NCBI GenBank assembly: GCA_965206025.1
Contig: CBDBIU010000002.1
Location: forward strand, 37,201 to 101,200
Direction: 5' to 3'
Source of the DNA: Bryobacterales bacterium
Lineage (GTDB): Bacteria > Acidobacteriota > Terriglobia > Bryobacterales > UBA6623
DNA: 64,000 bases
Both the position numbers and the translations under genes were made by a program. The notes under the pieces are model-generated. The model was not told the DNA's origin, ran no database searches, and saw only the letters and a program-made list of their open reading frames with translations. Shown here in pieces: positions 60,501 through 64,000 of this stretch (position 1 is its first letter; each line of letters begins with the position of its first letter).

Positions 60501-61009
60501 TGGCCCTTTGTGGGATCCTCTCTTCGGTCACCCGCCGGCGCAATCGGGAGGGCAAGCCCTGGGCCGCCGGTGTATTGGAGGACCTGCAAGGCAGTGTCGA
60601 TCTGCTGGTTTTCGCCAACTACTATGAAGCCCTGTCGCCCATGCTCGACGAGGATCAGGCGCTCTTGGTGCGCGGCAGCCTGCGACCCGATGACAGCGGC
60701 CCTCCCAAGGTCGCCGTCAGCGAGGTCGTGCCGCTCGACGTGGCTCGCGTTCCCATTCCCGCGCAGGTCTCGATCACCGTTCGGCTAGGCAAGACGAACG
60801 GGCAGGCCAACGGTAACGAGGTGGCCGAGCGCTTACACCAGCTGTTCCGGAACAAGCCTGGAGAAACGGACGTTCGGCTGAGACTGCTCCGCAGCAAGGA
60901 TTTCCTGGTATCTTACGATTTAGCGGTGCGCGTTCAGGCGGACCGGGAATTCATCCGCGCCATCGAGGACATCTGCGGAGCCGGCTCGCTCGAAGTCCTT
61001 CACGTCTGA
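57533..61009 (+). CDS. dnaE: DNA polymerase III alpha subunit
   Basis: [37 protein letters not shown] and YGFNKSHS motifs; no intein. Confidence 0.98.
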   Translation: MSVPFVHLHCHTDYSLLDGACEITQLMKLAERQEMPAIAITDHGNLFGAVQFYNEGQARGVKPIIGCEVYVSQKGHKTRGESDRYNHLTLLCENQQGYRNLIDLVSTGYLEGFYYKPRIDKDLLASHSQGLICLSGCLRGDLNEALIDKGYEEGRRLAYTYLDMFGKDNFYLEVQDHGLDADKKVLPLLFRLSQETGIPLVATNDAHYLTKEDAHAHDALLCIQTGKTLSEPNRMRFSTQEFHVKSQEEMLRTFDGNAAPLTRTWEIAEQCNLRIERVKDPFPAFEVPSEHTADTYFEWAARQGFEKRRGRLEALAAQGSLKHELAEYEERLDHEIRVIQQMKFSGYFLIVWDFIRFARSKNVPVGPGRGSAAGSLVAYAMQITDIDPLYYGLLFERFLNPERVSLPDIDIDFCMNRRGEVIQYVTEKYGREQVAQIITFNTLAAKAAIKDVGRVMDMPYADVDRLTKLVPNVLNIKLAAALKQEPALSEQVKKNRRIAELMETAQRLEGVSRNPSVHAAGVVIASRPLRELVPLYKTAKDEIVTQYDMKSLDWLSLLKMDFLGLTTLTVIDEALRLLKGKQGIDLRPEELPLDDKETYALLSRGLTSGVFQFESSGMRDILRRYRPERLEDLIALNALYRPGPIQGGMISDFIDRRHGRKPVHYSLPVLKEILEETYGVIVYQEQVMQIAHRVAGYSLGEADLLRRAMGKKKPQEMAAQRERFVTGALERGYEKRKVGKLFELMEQFAGYGFNKSHSAAYGYVAFVTAYLKAHYPVFFMSALLSAEAGNTDKVVKYINECRDIGIRVLPPDLNAGDWNFTPAGDNAIRFGLGAIKNVGRAAVHSVLEARKEAGTFDSLFHFCETNDWKHLNKRMLESTIKAGAMDSFGGHRSQLIAALDRAVELGQRASRDRATGQHGLFAALEAGGAPSDDILPDVPEWPEKQKLAGEKETLGFYVTGHPLHAYRDKIEELATHDSSKLDDLEHGAPVALCGILSSVTRRRNREGKPWAAGVLEDLQGSVDLLVFANYYEALSPMLDEDQALLVRGSLRPDDSGPPKVAVSEVVPLDVARVPIPAQVSITVRLGKTNGQANGNEVAERLHQLFRNKPGETDVRLRLLRSKDFLVSYDLAVRVQADREFIRAIEDICGAGSLEVLHV

Positions 61010-61025
61010 ACCGGTCCCGCTTATC

Positions 61026-62033
61026 ATGGCCTCTCAAGCACCACAGCCTTCGCCGGAAGAATCCTCCGCCGCGGCTGGCTCCTCGGAAGAGCGCGTGAGC
61101 GAGCTGGAGCGCCAGATCGCCGAGCTGCGCCGGAGCCACCCCGAGCCCGATGAAGCCACCGAGACTCGTATCCGCGAGTTGGAAGCCACACTCCAGAGTC
61201 TTCGCTCCCAACCCGAAGCCGAAGCCGAGCTTTCGGCCTGGGAACACGTCCAGCTCGCCAGACACCCCCAGCGGCCTCACTCGCTCGATTATTTCCAGCG
61301 AGTGTTTACCGGCTTTCAAGAGATCCACGGCGACCGCCTTTTCGCCGATGATCCCGCCATTGTCTGCGGCTATGCCATGTTCCGCGGGACGTCGGTGATA
61401 GCGATCGGCCATCAGAAGGGCCGGGCCACCAAGCAAAAGCTTCACCGCAACTTCGGGATGCCGAAGCCCGAGGGTTATCGCAAGGCCCTTCGGGTCATGC
61501 AGATGGCGGCAAAGTTTCGGCGCCCGGTGATGACGTTTCTCGACACCCCGGGCGCCTATCCCGGAATTGACGCCGAGGAGCGCGGCCAAGCCGAGGCGAT
61601 TGCCAGAAACCTGTGGTCCATGGCTCAGTTGCCCGTGCCGATCATCGTCACTTGCATCGGGGAAGGGGGCAGCGGAGGGGCCCTGGCCCTGGGCGTAGGC
61701 AATCGCGTCCTGATCCTCGAAAACGCGATCTACAGCGTGATCTCGCCCGAAAGCTGCGCGGCTATCGTGTGGCGCGATTCCAGCAAGGCCGAACTGGCGG
61801 CGAACGCCCTCAAGCTTACGGCCCGTGATCTACTCAAGCTTGGCCTCGTCGACGAGATCGTCGAAGAGCCCGCCGAAGGCGCCCACACCGACTATGACGC
61901 CGCCGCCGCCAACCTGGCGGATGCTCTCGAAAAAACCCTTCGCGATCTCCAGAAGATGAGCACCCCCGAGCTGGTGGAGCATCGCTACCAGAAGTTCAGA
62001 AAGATGGGCAGCTTCTTCGACGAACCCGAGTAA
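61026..62033 (+). CDS. accA: Acetyl-CoA carboxylase carboxyltransferase alpha subunit
   Basis: [26 protein letters not shown] and GEGGSGGAL motifs. Confidence 0.98.
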   Translation: MASQAPQPSPEESSAAAGSSEERVSELERQIAELRRSHPEPDEATETRIRELEATLQSLRSQPEAEAELSAWEHVQLARHPQRPHSLDYFQRVFTGFQEIHGDRLFADDPAIVCGYAMFRGTSVIAIGHQKGRATKQKLHRNFGMPKPEGYRKALRVMQMAAKFRRPVMTFLDTPGAYPGIDAEERGQAEAIARNLWSMAQLPVPIIVTCIGEGGSGGALALGVGNRVLILENAIYSVISPESCAAIVWRDSSKAELAANALKLTARDLLKLGLVDEIVEEPAEGAHTDYDAAAANLADALEKTLRDLQKMSTPELVEHRYQKFRKMGSFFDEPE

Positions 62034-62146
62034 GGGCCCGCCCGGTTCCAACAGCGAATCCCCGCGGAAAACGTCTTCGTCGCGGTTCGCAAGCTCACTA
62101 GGCGGTGTTGGCCGTTGTTGAGGGTCTCCTACTATATTGGTAGGGA

Positions 62147-63889
62147 ATGAAAACTTCCGCCCAGGCATCGATTCTCGTTTTCCTGACGGTGGTTTGCCTT
62201 GCGGGTCAGGGGGTCGTCTCGCGCGGCGTCAAACCCGTGCCCCGGGGCGAGCCGTCGGGTCTCCCGTTCCACGCCAAGTTTACTGATGTCGCCGCCGAGG
62301 CGGGGCTGCGCATGCCGGTCATCTACGGCGGGGTGGATTACAACGACTACATCTTGGAGACGGTGGGCTCGGGCGCGGCGTTCTTCGACTACGATAACGA
62401 CGGCTGGATCGACATTTTTCTCCCCTCGGGAACGCGCCGCAAGAACGCCCCCGAGGGGGCTATCAACCGGCTCTATCAAAACAAGCGCGACGGCACGTTC
62501 CGCGACGTGACCGCGAGTTCGGGCTTGGGGCGTTCCGGGTGGGCCTCGTCGGTCACCGTCGGCGACTACGACGACGACGGGGACGAGGATCTCTTCGTCA
62601 CCAATTGGGGAAAGAACGCCCTTTACCGCAATGAAGGCCAAGGCAAGTTCAGCGAGGTGACCGAAGATGCCGGCCTACTGCACGAAGGTACACGCTGGGG
62701 GGCGGGGAGCACCTTCATCGACTACGACCGGGACGGCCACCTCGACCTGTTTGTCGCCAACTATCTGGAGTTCGACTTCGAAACGACGCCGGGCAAGGGA
62801 ACAGGTGTAACCTGCCGTTGGAAAGGAGTGCCCGTAAACTGCGGGCCCCGCGGGCTGCCGACCGCGCGGCAGTATCTCTACCGCAACCAGGGGGACGGTA
62901 CGTTCCGCGACGTCAGTGAGTCGTCCGGCATTGCCCAAGCGCCCGAGGGATACGCCATGACCGCGGTGGCGGCCGATTTCGACGGCGATCGCTGGACGGA
63001 TATTTACGTGGCCTGCGACAGCACGGCCAGCCTTTTTTTCCGAAACAACCGCGACGGCACATTTGCCGAGGAGGGGTTGGAGCGGGGCGCGGCGCTTAGT
63101 GATGACGGCATGGAACAGGCGGGGATGGGCGTCGGCGTCGGGGACTACGACCTCGACGGGGACCTCGACATCTTTAAAACCCACTTTGCCGACGACACGA
63201 ATGTCCTCTACCGCAATGACGGCGACGGCAATTTCTCGGATGTAACCGTCCAGGCGGGTCTGGGCGTCGAAACGCGATTCGTAGGCTGGGGCGCCGCCAT
63301 CGTGGATCTCGACAACAACGGCCTTCCCGACCTTTTCTACGTGACCGGAAGCGTCTATCCGGAGGTCGAAAAGGAACTGCCGCACTACCCCTACCACACG
63401 CCTCGCGTGATCTTCCGCAACCTGGGGGAAGGCAAATTCGAGGAGCTGATCGGAGAGGCCGGTCCCGGCATCGATGCCGCTCACACCAGCCGCGGCGCTG
63501 CGTTCGGCGACTATGATAACGACGGTGATATCGACGTGCTCATCGTAAACTTGAACCAACCTCCGTCCCTGCTGCGAAACGATCTCGACACCGATGATCA
63601 CTGGCTGAAAGTCAAATTGATCGGCGTCGCCTCGAATCGCAGCGCGATCGGGGCGTCGGTGAAGATTCGCTATGCCGACCGCCAACAGGTGCAAGCCGTC
63701 CTAGCCCAAGACAGTTTCTACTCCGTCAGCGACCGCCGGCTGCATTTCGGGTTGGGCGAGGTCGACAAAGCCGATCTCGAAGTTCGCTGGCCGAAAGGCT
63801 CCACGGAAACGTTCAAGCGTGTCGCGGTTAATCAGCTGGTTACCATTCGAGAAGGACAGGGAATAGTGAGTAGCGAAAAGATGCCGTGA
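62147..63889 (+). CDS. CRTAC1 family protein (FG-GAP/VCBS repeats + ASPIC/UnbV domain)
   Basis: Repeated DYDNDG..D motifs; C-terminal SNRSAIGA...LHFGLG...VRWP; signal peptide. Confidence 0.93.
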   Translation: MKTSAQASILVFLTVVCLAGQGVVSRGVKPVPRGEPSGLPFHAKFTDVAAEAGLRMPVIYGGVDYNDYILETVGSGAAFFDYDNDGWIDIFLPSGTRRKNAPEGAINRLYQNKRDGTFRDVTASSGLGRSGWASSVTVGDYDDDGDEDLFVTNWGKNALYRNEGQGKFSEVTEDAGLLHEGTRWGAGSTFIDYDRDGHLDLFVANYLEFDFETTPGKGTGVTCRWKGVPVNCGPRGLPTARQYLYRNQGDGTFRDVSESSGIAQAPEGYAMTAVAADFDGDRWTDIYVACDSTASLFFRNNRDGTFAEEGLERGAALSDDGMEQAGMGVGVGDYDLDGDLDIFKTHFADDTNVLYRNDGDGNFSDVTVQAGLGVETRFVGWGAAIVDLDNNGLPDLFYVTGSVYPEVEKELPHYPYHTPRVIFRNLGEGKFEELIGEAGPGIDAAHTSRGAAFGDYDNDGDIDVLIVNLNQPPSLLRNDLDTDDHWLKVKLIGVASNRSAIGASVKIRYADRQQVQAVLAQDSFYSVSDRRLHFGLGEVDKADLEVRWPKGSTETFKRVAVNQLVTIREGQGIVSSEKMP

Positions 63890-63909
63890 GACCGAAATAC
63901 CGCTTTAGG

Positions 63910-63998
63910 CCAGGATTTCCATTTTGGCCCTGGCACGGTGAAAGTATACACCCGCGCTGCCCCGCATACCACGTCTTTTCGCGCTGAACCCTGCACAT
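63910..63998 (-). mobile_element. Right end of a second IS1380-related element, running off the window
   Basis: CCAGGATTTCCATTTTGGCC...CCACGTCTTTTCGCGCTGAACCCTGCACAT is a diverged reverse complement of 34606-34694. Confidence 0.85.
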
Positions 63999-64000
63999 GA

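Noticed and set aside
58748-60589. Long antisense ORFs (613 aa here; also 57575-58534, 54831-55970, 62675-63694)
   Set aside because: Shadow frames of well-conserved genes in GC-rich DNA, with no motifs.

Overview
GC-rich bacterial chromosomal segment. The gene content (VWA-domain protein, CRTAC1/ASPIC protein, fused LptF/G, phoH-ybeY-hemolysin-era block) suggests Acidobacteriota, which is an inference. The backbone is housekeeping: recJ, dksA-like, comF, era, ybeY, phoH, pgsA, tsaE, ctpA, tadA, pit, purA, moeA/moaC, polA, lgt, lspA, dnaE, accA. No rRNA, tRNA or CRISPR array was recognised. The notable layer is mobile DNA. Four genes are cleanly interrupted, and each is restored in frame by removing the insert plus one target-site duplication: an alpha/beta hydrolase and comEC by two near-identical copies of a 456-bp non-coding element, a 75-aa basic protein by an ISL3, and ttcA by an IS1380. 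The 456-bp element carries the ISL3's terminal repeats and an 8-bp TSD. By manual inspection its whole length folds into a nested rod with many G.U pairs that favour the + strand. It is the best candidate here for an undescribed system: a structured RNA/ssDNA passenger mobilised in trans by ISL3. At least five further MITE/REP families fill the intergenic spaces, including one copy that forms essentially the whole 5' leader of dnaE. Product calls come from motif recognition only; no database search or folding program was run.
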